Shown one piece after another: positions 14,271 to 23,732 of a stretch of DNA of 64,000 nucleotides. The DNA is from a marine group bacterium Sva0996 bin134. GTDB taxonomy: Bacteria; Actinomycetota; Acidimicrobiia; Acidimicrobiales; Bin134. The translations under genes and the position numbers were made by a program. Under the pieces are notes generated by a model. The model worked only from the letters and a program-made list of their open reading frames with translations. It searched no databases and was not told where the DNA came from. Position 1 is the first letter of the stretch, and every line of letters starts with the position of its first letter. The stretch covers positions 2,595 to 66,594 of the forward strand of contig MPNQ01000006.1 of the NCBI GenBank assembly GCA_002239105.1, written 5' to 3'.

Positions 14271-17200
14271 ATGCCAATGAGCCCCCGATTGCCCGACATC
14301 GACTTCAGGCGCATCCGACCCTACGGTTCTCCCGCATCGCGGGATGGTGGGTTCGAGGAGTTGGCCTGCACCCTGATCGAGGAGGCGGTCTGCGAATGGC
14401 CCGAAGGCACCGAGTTCGCCCGCTTTGGCGATCCCGACGGGGGCCGCGAGGGCAGGGCGACTCTGCCCGACGGCACGGTCTGTGCTTGGCAGGCCAAGTA
14501 CCTGTTCCTCTTCGACGCGTCGGCAACCAGCCAAATCGAGCGGTCGGTCGAACGGGTGCTGCAAAACGAGCCGATGTTGTGCCGGTATCTGGTGGTGCTC
14601 CCAATCGACCTGCCGGCAGGCGACACGCCAGGGCGCACATCGGCCCGTTATCGCTGGGAAAACAAGGTCGGGGAATGGCGGGAATCGGCACTAGCATCAG
14701 GCAGGTCGGTTGAGTTTGCGCTCATTGGTAAGCATGAACTTGTTAAGGCGCTGACAAGCCCCGGGCAGGCAGGGCGACTGCGCTACTGGTTCGACGAATC
14801 ATTCATGGATGGTCCCTGGTTCCAGTACCGGCTCGACGAGGCCATCGAGAAGGCGGGTCCTCGTTACTCCCCCGATGTCCATATCGGAGTGGAGGCAGCA
14901 CAAGTCTTGGAGGGGCTGGGCCGCACTGATCGGTTCACAGCAGAGTGGCGAGAATATTTGGCAGTTCTCCGGGAGAGTCGCCCGGGGCACTGGACAGCGC
15001 CCGAAGGCGACACGGGAGAGCTTGCTGAAGCGCTGTCTGCCTGCAAAGCCGCTATTGAAGAGGTCGACAGCGCGATCAGCTCGATCATTTTGGCACTCGG
15101 CGGCTACGGAGATCTGCCCGCTCCGGACAACGAGATTCAAGTTGCCCAAGAGGAGATTTGGAACATACTCGGGTTGCTGCGTGCCAACCATCTGTCGAAG
15201 ACCGGCTTCTACGTGGGCGACGCGGCCTTCTTGCACCGTGATGCGACTCGGGCGTTAGGCGCGCTCGACAACCTGGCAGCACTCGCTGGCTCGATGTCGA
15301 CCGGTGCGGCGCGGGTAGGCAAGGCGCTGATTGCTGGCAAAGCGGGGACAGGAAAGACCCATCTGTTCTGCGATATCGCCAAGGTGCGGGTTGAGACCGG
15401 GTGCCCCACCGTTTTGGTCATGGGCCAGGACTTCGATCAGCGGGCACCTCACCTCCAGATCCCCGAGTTGACGTCATTCGATGGGTCTGCCGAGGAGGAG
15501 GTGGAGGCGCTGGCTGCGGCTGCTGAGGCGTCGGGCGTCGTGGGGCTGCTGATGATCGATGCTTTGAACGAAAGTGAGCGCCCTGAGGGGTGGAATGACA
15601 ATTTGCGAGTGCTCCAGCGGATTGTCGCCCGGCACAAGCAGGTTGCCTTGGCGGTGAGCTGCCGCTCCGAGTTCGTGTCTGAGGCGGTGGGTGATACCAC
15701 CATGCCGAATATCGAGCACGAAGGCTTCGGCGAGGCCACTGAAGCAGCGGTCGTGCGGTATGCCCAGCACTACGACATTGGGTCGGTGAGCTTTCCGGTG
15801 CTGAATTCCGAGTTCTCCAATCCGCTGTTCCTAAGGCTGGCTTGCGAAGCGCTGGCAACGCTGGGCCGCGACAGTTTCCATCTGGACTCTGCCGGACTCA
15901 CCACGGTCTGCGACGCTTTCCTCGAAGCAGTCAACGACCGTCTCTCCCACCGCGAACGCTGCGACTACGACCCGGCGCGCCGCCTCGTACAGCAGGCGGT
16001 TCGCGTCCTGGCCGAAGCCACTGAAAGTCCGCCCATCGAGTGGGAGGCAGCGGAACAACTGCTCCAAGACATCCACCCCTCTGCTGGATGGTCCAAGTCT
16101 CTTCTTAAGGGCCTGATCGATGAGGGAGTCCTCATCAAGACTCCAGCCGGGGTCGGCTTCGGCTACCAGCGACTCGGTGACCTCGCCCGAGCCGCTCTGC
16201 ACTCCGAGAAAACCGACGCGGAAATCAGGCAATGGGCAACGAGCCTCGGCCGCCGAAGGTGGAGCCACAGGGGAGTTCTCGGAGCGCTGGCCGTCATGCT
16301 CCCCGAGACAAGAGGCGTAGAGCTTATCCAAACCCTCGCCGATGACGAGGGAAAGGTCAGCCGCGATCAACTCGATCTGTTCGTGGACAGCCTGGTCCTG
16401 CGGTCCGCGGGGGCAGTCAGCACAATCACCGTCGGGATTGTAAGGCAATTGCTAGGCAACGATGACCTGCGGGAGCTGCTATTCGACCAGCTTGTGCGGC
16501 TGTCCTGCGTTCCGGGCCATGCTCTCAATGCCGATCTGTTCCATGCATGGCTGATGGAACAAGATCTGGCCGAGCGCGACGCGCAATGGTCCCTCTTCCT
16601 CGTCGACCAGACGGAGTACCAGACACCGGTGCGGCGCCTGATCAACTGGGCACGAGATAACAGCGGCGGTGCCAAACCGGAGGTCAGGCGGCTAGCGGGG
16701 GTGATGCTCGGATGGATGCTGACAACCTCCGACAACCGCGTCAGAGACCAGGCGACTAAGGCCCTAGTCGCGCTCTTCGAGCCAGCACCCGACACCGCCG
16801 CAGAAGTGCTGCGGTCATTTCGTGGGGTAGACGACCCCTATGTGCTTGAGCGCCTCGCCGCAGCTGCCTGTGGAGCCGCGCTGCGCTCGTCCGACTCCAC
16901 AGCCCACCACAAGCTCGCCAACGGAACCACTGACATGTTCGCTGACGGGTGGCCCGCCCACCTGCTCACACGCGACTACGGCCACCGCATATTTCGGCTC
17001 GCAGTGAGCACGGGCTGGAATCCGCCTGGGGGAGGCAGTCCAGACGGGCATCCATACGGCGGACCGCCCTACGGGGCAGAGCTTCCTGTCCCCACCCGTA
17101 CCACTAGCCAGATCGAAACCATGGCCGGACCACCCAACTACCGCTACGGGTCAATATGGCGCTCCATAGATGATGGCGATTTCGGGAGATACATTTTGGC

Positions 17201-18425
17201 ACCGGCCCTCGGCCACTTCGATCTCGACCGCCAAGGGGATCTGATCGACTTGGCGGAGCGAACGGTGTTCGACCGGGTTGTCGAACTCGGATGGACCCCG
17301 GAGGTATTCCAAAAGGTTGACAGATCGCTGTCTTCGACATCGGGAAGAGATCACGCCGTAGAGCGTGTCGGCAAGAAATACCAGCGGATCGCGTTCTACG
17401 AACTACTGGGACGCCTAGCCGATAACTACGCAATACGAGAATGGGGCGACAGCCCAGCGATGCCGTACAGCCACGCCAAACAGTTGGTCTACCGCGACAT
17501 CGACCCCACTGTCCTCACCCGAAAGCCCGAGACCGACCCACCAACACCGTGGTTCTCGCCGGCACAGGCAGCCTTCGATCCGAAAGAGGCCGGGAAAGAG
17601 CCGACCGAAATCGAAGGGACTCCCGACCCCCTCGACTTGATTGCCGCGACGGACCAGAACAGCGAATCGTGGCTCGTCCTCGAAACATACGCCGACTGGA
17701 AAGAACCACTGGCTCCCGAGCAGAAGGCGCTCCGCCCGCCCGAAGTCTGGGTCCGCCTGCAAATCTGCGGCTACCTGATCCCAGAGGACAAGCTCACCGA
17801 AATCCGCGAGTGGGCCGAGGGTAAAGACTGGAGCGAATTCGAGATACTCAAATCGCCTGACGTCTACAACGCACTTCTAGCGTCTCACCCTGACGACCCG
17901 GCATGGGCACAAGCCTCCACCGAACCCGACCGCTGGCTGCGTCAATCGGAGCAACTGCCATGCGATCTGTTCCCTGCCGCAGCCCAATACGCCGGAACCG
18001 GAACCGACAGAGATTATTCTGCCGCCCAAGAAACCATCGGATACGTCCCAAGCGGTCGGCTCCACAACCTGCTCCGCCTCACCCGCTGCGGCGACTTCGA
18101 GTGGAAGAACCAACAGGGCGTCACCATCGCAAGAGATCCGTCCGTCACCGTCGGCGGACCCGCCGCACTGCTCGCGCACCGCGACGAAACAGTCGAGCGG
18201 CTTTCAGAAGCAGGGCTGACGATCTTTTGGACTGCCCTAGCTGCAAAAGACCTCATACAGCAGGATTTTGGCCAGCCCGCCAACCCTCGATGGGTTACCG
18301 CCAGCGCAGCATACGCCCTTGACAACAGCGACGTGGTCCTCTTGTATGCCACTGCCCGGTCCTATGTGGGCCCGACAGAGACCGACAAACAGTCTTGGAG
18401 CGACATACTGAGAGACCGTGGCTAG
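14271..18425 (+). CDS. STAND-type P-loop NTPase with N-terminal Mrr-like (D...QxK) restriction-endonuclease domain and HEAT-like/helical C-terminal region (Avs-like architecture)
   Basis: Nuclease motifs: GFEELACTLIEE, FGDPDGGREG, CAWQAKYLF. Walker A is KALIAGKAGTGKTHLFCD and Walker B is VGLLMIDALNESE. A HEAT-like repeat is DNRVRDQATKALVALFE...DDPYVLERLAAAACGAAL. Length 1384 aa. Confidence 0.85.
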   Translation: MPMSPRLPDIDFRRIRPYGSPASRDGGFEELACTLIEEAVCEWPEGTEFARFGDPDGGREGRATLPDGTVCAWQAKYLFLFDASATSQIERSVERVLQNEPMLCRYLVVLPIDLPAGDTPGRTSARYRWENKVGEWRESALASGRSVEFALIGKHELVKALTSPGQAGRLRYWFDESFMDGPWFQYRLDEAIEKAGPRYSPDVHIGVEAAQVLEGLGRTDRFTAEWREYLAVLRESRPGHWTAPEGDTGELAEALSACKAAIEEVDSAISSIILALGGYGDLPAPDNEIQVAQEEIWNILGLLRANHLSKTGFYVGDAAFLHRDATRALGALDNLAALAGSMSTGAARVGKALIAGKAGTGKTHLFCDIAKVRVETGCPTVLVMGQDFDQRAPHLQIPELTSFDGSAEEEVEALAAAAEASGVVGLLMIDALNESERPEGWNDNLRVLQRIVARHKQVALAVSCRSEFVSEAVGDTTMPNIEHEGFGEATEAAVVRYAQHYDIGSVSFPVLNSEFSNPLFLRLACEALATLGRDSFHLDSAGLTTVCDAFLEAVNDRLSHRERCDYDPARRLVQQAVRVLAEATESPPIEWEAAEQLLQDIHPSAGWSKSLLKGLIDEGVLIKTPAGVGFGYQRLGDLARAALHSEKTDAEIRQWATSLGRRRWSHRGVLGALAVMLPETRGVELIQTLADDEGKVSRDQLDLFVDSLVLRSAGAVSTITVGIVRQLLGNDDLRELLFDQLVRLSCVPGHALNADLFHAWLMEQDLAERDAQWSLFLVDQTEYQTPVRRLINWARDNSGGAKPEVRRLAGVMLGWMLTTSDNRVRDQATKALVALFEPAPDTAAEVLRSFRGVDDPYVLERLAAAACGAALRSSDSTAHHKLANGTTDMFADGWPAHLLTRDYGHRIFRLAVSTGWNPPGGGSPDGHPYGGPPYGAELPVPTRTTSQIETMAGPPNYRYGSIWRSIDDGDFGRYILAPALGHFDLDRQGDLIDLAERTVFDRVVELGWTPEVFQKVDRSLSSTSGRDHAVERVGKKYQRIAFYELLGRLADNYAIREWGDSPAMPYSHAKQLVYRDIDPTVLTRKPETDPPTPWFSPAQAAFDPKEAGKEPTEIEGTPDPLDLIAATDQNSESWLVLETYADWKEPLAPEQKALRPPEVWVRLQICGYLIPEDKLTEIREWAEGKDWSEFEILKSPDVYNALLASHPDDPAWAQASTEPDRWLRQSEQLPCDLFPAAAQYAGTGTDRDYSAAQETIGYVPSGRLHNLLRLTRCGDFEWKNQQGVTIARDPSVTVGGPAALLAHRDETVERLSEAGLTIFWTALAAKDLIQQDFGQPANPRWVTASAAYALDNSDVVLLYATARSYVGPTETDKQSWSDILRDRG

Positions 18426-18635
18426 ATCCTTGTCAGGCACGCAGAAAAACACGGTCTTGTAGAGGCCGCTGACCCGGGTTGACGCTTCCCAGCGTTAATC
18501 AGGCCGCAAGAGACGTAAAGGGGGTGTAACGGCCTTCGATAGCTCGAACTGCCTCCCGGCCCCCTTGCGGGTGTCACACGTAGAGTCGAACCCCAACTAG
18601 CCGTTCATTCGACTTGCACTACGTCTTCGAGGGAG

Positions 18636-18926
18636 TCAGGGACCCCGGTGGGAAACGACAACACCAGGTGGCGCACCCAAAGCCGTCGCGACCCGGGCAA
18701 GGGTGTCGACTCAGTTCCGCTCGCCACCGCCCTCTTCGAGTCGGGATATGACCGACTGAGTGGTGCCCATGCGCTGAGCCAGTTCCCTCTGGCTGAGGTT
18801 GACCCCGCGGCGCATGTCATAAATCAACTGGCCCAGGGCCAAGTCATGCTCGATGCCAGCACGGCTCTCCTCTGAGGGTTCGCCGCGCTGCTTCTTGATG
18901 CTGTCCCATCGCGAGTGGTTGGCCAC
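18636..18926 (-). pseudogene. XRE-family HTH antitoxin (HigA-like) interrupted by an in-frame TGA
   Basis: GAAGGAGG lies 5 nt before GTG 18926. The HTH reads NLSQRELAQRMGTTQSVISRLEEGGGERN, then TGA (18713-18711). The same frame continues VDTLARVATALGAPPGVVVSHRGP to a TGA at 18638-18636. That continuation is exactly the expected last helix of an XRE domain. Confidence 0.6.
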
Positions 18927-18937
18927 GGTGTCCTCCT

Positions 18938-19108
18938 TCAAGGATTGCGCCGGGCGTATTCCTCGGCGACCTTGCGAGCGCAGGCGAATTCGGATCGCTC
19001 GTTGTCTCGCTGCTACGAGAGCTAGGAGACTATATCGACAGATTTAACCTCCATTGCAACGGTCGCTTGCAACGCCGCGTCGCCACCGGTACGATGGCAG
19101 TACCCACC
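18938..19108 (-). pseudogene. Decayed HigB/Gp49-like toxin remnant
   Basis: The frame ending at TGA 18940-18938 reads ...GGYCHRTGGDAALQATVAMEVKSVDIVS*LS*QRDNERSEFACARKVAEEYARRNP*. It carries two in-frame TAG stops (19013-19015, 19022-19024). The C-terminal pattern resembles HigB/Gp49 toxins, which precede XRE antitoxins. Confidence 0.35.
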
Positions 19109-19194
19109 CGGTGCTCACCTAGGGAGTCAAACCTCACCTAGGGTGTGCCGGGTCTTTCTATTCTGGGCACCCCCAGATACTCACTAGCTGCTGC

Positions 19195-22100
19195 TCAGCA
19201 GGGGGCTTGGGCGTCCTTGAGGAGGGCGGCGACGGTGAGAGGAACGCCGGGTTGGGCGAAGTGGAGGGTGACGTCTCGGAAGGGGTCAAGTAAGTAGCGG
19301 ACTGTGGGTGGCTCGGTGGGGTTGTCGGGGACGGAGACGACGGCTAGGCGCCAGTGGTCGGGGAGGGACTTGGCTTTGCTGATCTGCTGGGCACTGATGT
19401 GGATCTCGGTGGTTCGGGGAAGGTGGCCCTTGACCTCGATGAAGTAGTGGGTGCCGGTCTTGGGGTCGATTGAGAGCACGTCGTAGCCGGGGTTGCTGTG
19501 GGCCTGAGCTTCGGGATTGCGGCCGAGGGCTCGCTCAGCTTCTAGGACGGCGGCGACGGCTCGGCGGTCGGTCTCCATCTTGTCGGCGGTTTCTTCGGGG
19601 TCGGGCGGTGTGCCGCGGAGCTGATCAATGAGCCCCTGAGGCACGACGATGGCAGCGCCGACGATGGTGGGTGGGCTGTTGTGGAGGTCGTCTTCTCGGT
19701 CCAGTTCCAGGCGACGTCGAGTCAGGCGGGCAGCTAGATCGTCGGCCCTGGCGCGGGCACGGCCCGAGTTGAGGCGGGGCTTTTGGCCGGCGAGCTCCTG
19801 TTTCTTTAGTTCCTCGGCTCGCTGGTCCCAGTAGCGGATTTCGGCTTCGAGGCGTTCCCGTACTGCCTCCTTGACCTTCGCCACTCGAGCTTCGGTTACA
19901 CGAACGATCTCCTCGAAGTGCGGCTGAGAGAGGTGTTCTATGGCCCAGCTCTTGGCCGTCTCTTCAGCGGTGTGGTCGGCCCAGTCCAAGTCGAGTTGGC
20001 CTTTGAGAAGCGCGCGGTCTTCCTCGACTAGCGGTGCATAGCCGATATAGGGCTCGTTCCCAGCGCTCTTGGCGTTGCCCTGTTGGTCGATCTCCACATA
20101 CTGGAACCGACGAGATACCACCTGGCGATGGCCGTGGACTTGTCGCCCGTCGGTGACGGAATGATCTAGATAGACCAGAAGGCGGGGATCGGTAGAACGA
20201 TCCTCGGGGTCAACCAGAGTCGCTCCCCGGACCAGCGTGTGCTCGTGGTCGGCGAGCACTTTGTTGATGACTGCGGTGAGAAGTGGCGTGCCCGGTGAGA
20301 TCAGCTCGGCCCGGTCGCCTCCGTCGACCTGGATGCAGGCTTTATCAAAGGTCACCCGCTCGTAGCGGTCGTGCACCGGGCCGAGCGCTAGATGAGCATG
20401 CGAGCGGATCGCCGCTGGGATTCGGGTGATCTCGTAGCGGCCTCGTTCCCGTCCGGTTATGCGGCCGCCATACTGGCGAAGGGCTTCGGAGAAGAAGGCA
20501 TGCACAAACCACGGCTGCAACTTGCGGGCTCGGGCACGCTCCATATCCTCTCGGATCTTGTCGTTGGCCGCCGGATCGGCAAGACCGCCGACCAGAGCCC
20601 GTTTTTCCAACACATCCACCAGTTGATTGCCGATGTCACCCTCAATCACTTCTTGCATGTATTCGAGGTGGGCAGGATCGTCGTCGGCGGTGATGGCCTT
20701 GAGAAGCAATTCTTGGAGGGAAGTGTTGATATGAGAGTCGCCTAGCACGTCATACACCTGGTCGCCGTAGACGCCCCGCTGCTGCTCGATCTTCTCAAAC
20801 AATCGCGTGAATACAACACCTTCTCTGGTCTCGTGTGCGACCAAGTTCCACAGGTGGCAGGGCCGCTGCTGACCTATGCGGTGGATGCGACCGAACCGCT
20901 GTTCGATACGGTTCGGGTTCCATGGCAGGTCGTAGTTGACCATCATGTTGGCCACTTGAAGGTTGACGCCCTCACCAGCAGCATCAGTGGCCACCAGTAC
21001 TCGCACCGTGGGGTCGACCCGGAACCGGTCTTGGATGGCCCGGCGGTCGTGACGCTTGATGCCGCCGTGGATCACTGCCACCGCCTCGGGCCGGCCCAGC
21101 TCGGCGGTGACCCTTTCGGCCACGTAGTCGAGGGTGTCCTTATGCTCGGAAAAGATGATCAGCTTCCGAGGACCGGAAGGCGTGTCGTCGCCATCAGGGT
21201 TCTCTCCCTTGCCGGTTCGGAACTGCTCCGAGCGCAGCAGCCCCCGAAGCTGGATCCACTTCTCGTCGACACCACTGTTGCGCACTGCCTCGGCCAGCGT
21301 GGCCAGTCCTTCTAGTTCAACGACCTCGGCCTCGATCTCCTCGGCAGTGGCTGAAGCGGTGGCAGCGTCTATGACGTGGTCCTCAAGCTCCTCCAGCTCT
21401 ACATCGTCGAAGTTGTCGAAGTCGAAATCCTCCAGGTCGGCGAATCTCACTCCTTTGGGCAGGTCGGTCACCTGCACTGGTCTGCCGCCAGCGGTCAGGC
21501 GGCGCAGCTCAGCTGCTTGGTCTGCCAGTCGGTCTCTTCGACGGCGCAGAGAGTGGTAGATGGCCGCGGGGGACGAAGCCAGACGGCGCTGGAGCGCGGC
21601 CAGGGCGAACCCGAAAATGATCCCTCGCCGGCGGTCCCCCTCTTCCTGCATACGGCTTGCCCGGTCCATGCCGTTTCGCACGTATTCGGTGACCGCCTCG
21701 TAGAGGTCTTGTTCGGGATCCGACAGCTCGAAGTTGAGGCTCTTGGCAAACCGCTGAGGAAACAGACGCCTACCCTCGAAGGTGGTCAAGTTCTCCTTCA
21801 CCAGTCGGCGCATCACGTCGTCGGTTTCGGGCATCTCGTCGTCGCGCAGCCGCCCAGCGAACCGCTCGGGGTCGATGAGGGTCATGAAAGCCAAGAAGTC
21901 TTCGTTCTTGCCGTTGTGGGGAGTGGCCGACAGCAACAGGAAGTGACGGGTGCGCTCGCGCAGCACTTCGCCCAACTCGAAGCGCTTGGTCTTGCGTAGT
22001 TCGTCGCCGTAGAGGTGGGCCGACATTTTGTGGGCCTCGTCGACGATCACCAAGTCCCAGTCGGCCACCTTAAGCTTTTCGATGAGGTCCTCGGCCCGCG

Positions 22101-22731
22101 ACAACTGGTCGACGCGGGCCACCAGCAGGTTCTTCTCCAGAAACGGGTTGCCGGTGCGCGACGCCTCGACCGCCGAGCGGGACATCAGCTCGAAGCTGAG
22201 GCCGAACTTGTCCCACAGCTCGTCCTGCCACTGCTCCACCAGGCTGCCGGGGGCGACGATTAGGCAGCGGGCCACGTCGCCCCGAAGCATGAGCTCTCGG
22301 ATCAGCAAACCCGACATGATGGTCTTGCCAGCACCGGGGTCGTCGGCCAGCAAGAACTTGAGCGGGCGCTGCTCCAAGAAGCGGTTGTAGACGGCGTCGA
22401 TCTGGTGGGGGTAGGGCTCGATATTGGAGGTGTCCACCGCGGCATAGGGGTCGGACAGGTGAGCCGACTTCATGCGACGGGCTTCCGATGCCAGGCGGAA
22501 CGCGGCACCGTCGGCGTCGAAACTCCACCGCTGTTTGGACACCTCACCGATCCCGGCCAGGTCGTCCACCGTGATGATGCGCTCGCCGAGGCTCCCGCTG
22601 GCCGAGCGGTAGGTCAGGGTGGCCGAACCAGCCCCGTGGACTTCCAGGGCCACCACTGTCACGTCGCCGTCGGCCACCACTCCCGACAGCCGTATTCCAG
22701 CTGTGAGGTAGTCGAACTTCAGGCCAGTCAT
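19195..22731 (-). CDS. SNF2-family helicase with C-terminal DUF3883-like PD-(D/E)xK domain
   Basis: Helicase motifs: YPHQIDAV, LLADDPGAGKT (I), VIVDEAHKM (II), LLLSATPHNGK (III), VLVATDAAGEGVNLQ, YDLPWNPNRIEQRFGRIHRIGQ (VI). The C-terminal nuclease-like part is GYDVLSIDPKTGTHYFIEVKGH. Length 1178 aa. Confidence 0.9.
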   Translation of the reverse strand: MTGLKFDYLTAGIRLSGVVADGDVTVVALEVHGAGSATLTYRSASGSLGERIITVDDLAGIGEVSKQRWSFDADGAAFRLASEARRMKSAHLSDPYAAVDTSNIEPYPHQIDAVYNRFLEQRPLKFLLADDPGAGKTIMSGLLIRELMLRGDVARCLIVAPGSLVEQWQDELWDKFGLSFELMSRSAVEASRTGNPFLEKNLLVARVDQLSRAEDLIEKLKVADWDLVIVDEAHKMSAHLYGDELRKTKRFELGEVLRERTRHFLLLSATPHNGKNEDFLAFMTLIDPERFAGRLRDDEMPETDDVMRRLVKENLTTFEGRRLFPQRFAKSLNFELSDPEQDLYEAVTEYVRNGMDRASRMQEEGDRRRGIIFGFALAALQRRLASSPAAIYHSLRRRRDRLADQAAELRRLTAGGRPVQVTDLPKGVRFADLEDFDFDNFDDVELEELEDHVIDAATASATAEEIEAEVVELEGLATLAEAVRNSGVDEKWIQLRGLLRSEQFRTGKGENPDGDDTPSGPRKLIIFSEHKDTLDYVAERVTAELGRPEAVAVIHGGIKRHDRRAIQDRFRVDPTVRVLVATDAAGEGVNLQVANMMVNYDLPWNPNRIEQRFGRIHRIGQQRPCHLWNLVAHETREGVVFTRLFEKIEQQRGVYGDQVYDVLGDSHINTSLQELLLKAITADDDPAHLEYMQEVIEGDIGNQLVDVLEKRALVGGLADPAANDKIREDMERARARKLQPWFVHAFFSEALRQYGGRITGRERGRYEITRIPAAIRSHAHLALGPVHDRYERVTFDKACIQVDGGDRAELISPGTPLLTAVINKVLADHEHTLVRGATLVDPEDRSTDPRLLVYLDHSVTDGRQVHGHRQVVSRRFQYVEIDQQGNAKSAGNEPYIGYAPLVEEDRALLKGQLDLDWADHTAEETAKSWAIEHLSQPHFEEIVRVTEARVAKVKEAVRERLEAEIRYWDQRAEELKKQELAGQKPRLNSGRARARADDLAARLTRRRLELDREDDLHNSPPTIVGAAIVVPQGLIDQLRGTPPDPEETADKMETDRRAVAAVLEAERALGRNPEAQAHSNPGYDVLSIDPKTGTHYFIEVKGHLPRTTEIHISAQQISKAKSLPDHWRLAVVSVPDNPTEPPTVRYLLDPFRDVTLHFAQPGVPLTVAALLKDAQAPC

Positions 22732-22754
22732 CCGGGCAACGCTAGCCTGCGGCC

Positions 22755-23660
22755 ATGAGCGAGAGGCTTGATGGCAAAGCGGCGATGGTTACGGGGGCGG
22801 GGAATGGGATTGGGCGGGCTATCGCGCTGCTGTTGGCGGAGCATGGGGCGCAGGTGGTGGTCAATGATCTGGGGACCGACGAGTTGGGCGACGGGGCTGA
22901 TGCCTCCCATGCGGGCCGGACGGTGGCCGACATCGAGGCGGCGGGGGGCACGGCGGTGGCCAACCACAGCGACGTGGCCACTTTCGAGGGGGCCGGGGAT
23001 GTGGTGCAGCAGGTGGTGGACGCCTATGGGCGCATTGACATCGCGGTGAACTGCGCGGGGGCGGCCATCGGGGGGTCGATATATGAGATGGCACCGGAGT
23101 TGTATCACAAGACCATTGCGTTGCAGATGTCCCAGAAGTGGTACATCGCCCGCCATGCGGTGCCGCTGATGGTGGCCCAGGGCTGGGGCCGGGTGGTGAA
23201 TACCACCTCACACGGGGCGCTGGGCGATCTAGGCCAGCCGGCGTTCGCCGCGGCCATGGGCGGGGTGATCTCCATGACTAAGGCGATGGCCACCGAGACG
23301 GCGGGCACCGGGGTGACCGTGAACTGCCTGGCGCCGGGGGCAGCCACCCGGCTGCACGCCAAGTCGCATGACGAATTCAAGGCCTGGCACGAGCAGGGGA
23401 TCATCGACGACGAGATGTGGAACAGCTACCTCACCACTCCCCCGCCCGAGTACGTGGCACCTGCGGTGGTGTGGCTGTGCACCGACGCGGCCGACTACGT
23501 CAGCGGCCACGTGGTCCACGCCGCCGGCGGGCAGGTGGCGGTGTTCAACGAGCTGCGGGAGGAACGGGCCATCTACCGGGGTGACCACTCCCAGGTCGAC
23601 CCCTGGACCCTCGACGAACTCGACCACCTGTTTCCCCGCAACCTTCTGCCCCGGCCCTGA
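22755..23660 (+). CDS. SDR-family oxidoreductase
   Basis: GKAAMVTGAGNGIGRAIA Rossmann motif; 301 aa. Confidence 0.85.
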   Translation: MSERLDGKAAMVTGAGNGIGRAIALLLAEHGAQVVVNDLGTDELGDGADASHAGRTVADIEAAGGTAVANHSDVATFEGAGDVVQQVVDAYGRIDIAVNCAGAAIGGSIYEMAPELYHKTIALQMSQKWYIARHAVPLMVAQGWGRVVNTTSHGALGDLGQPAFAAAMGGVISMTKAMATETAGTGVTVNCLAPGAATRLHAKSHDEFKAWHEQGIIDDEMWNSYLTTPPPEYVAPAVVWLCTDAADYVSGHVVHAAGGQVAVFNELREERAIYRGDHSQVDPWTLDELDHLFPRNLLPRP

Positions 23661-23732
23661 GGAACAGCCGCTCGACCGGCCATTCCAAACTTCCTTCCCC
23701 GGCCCTGACGACTGGCCGCGCCGCCCCAGCGC

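Noticed and set aside
18584-18614. Hairpin AGTCGAA-17 nt-TTCGACT between the convergent STAND and HTH genes, and a tRNA-like TTCGA segment nearby
   Set aside because: The stem is only 7 bp with a large loop and no U-tract, so it is not a convincing intrinsic terminator. The TTCGA segment cannot be folded into a T-arm/acceptor stem, so it is not a tRNA fragment.
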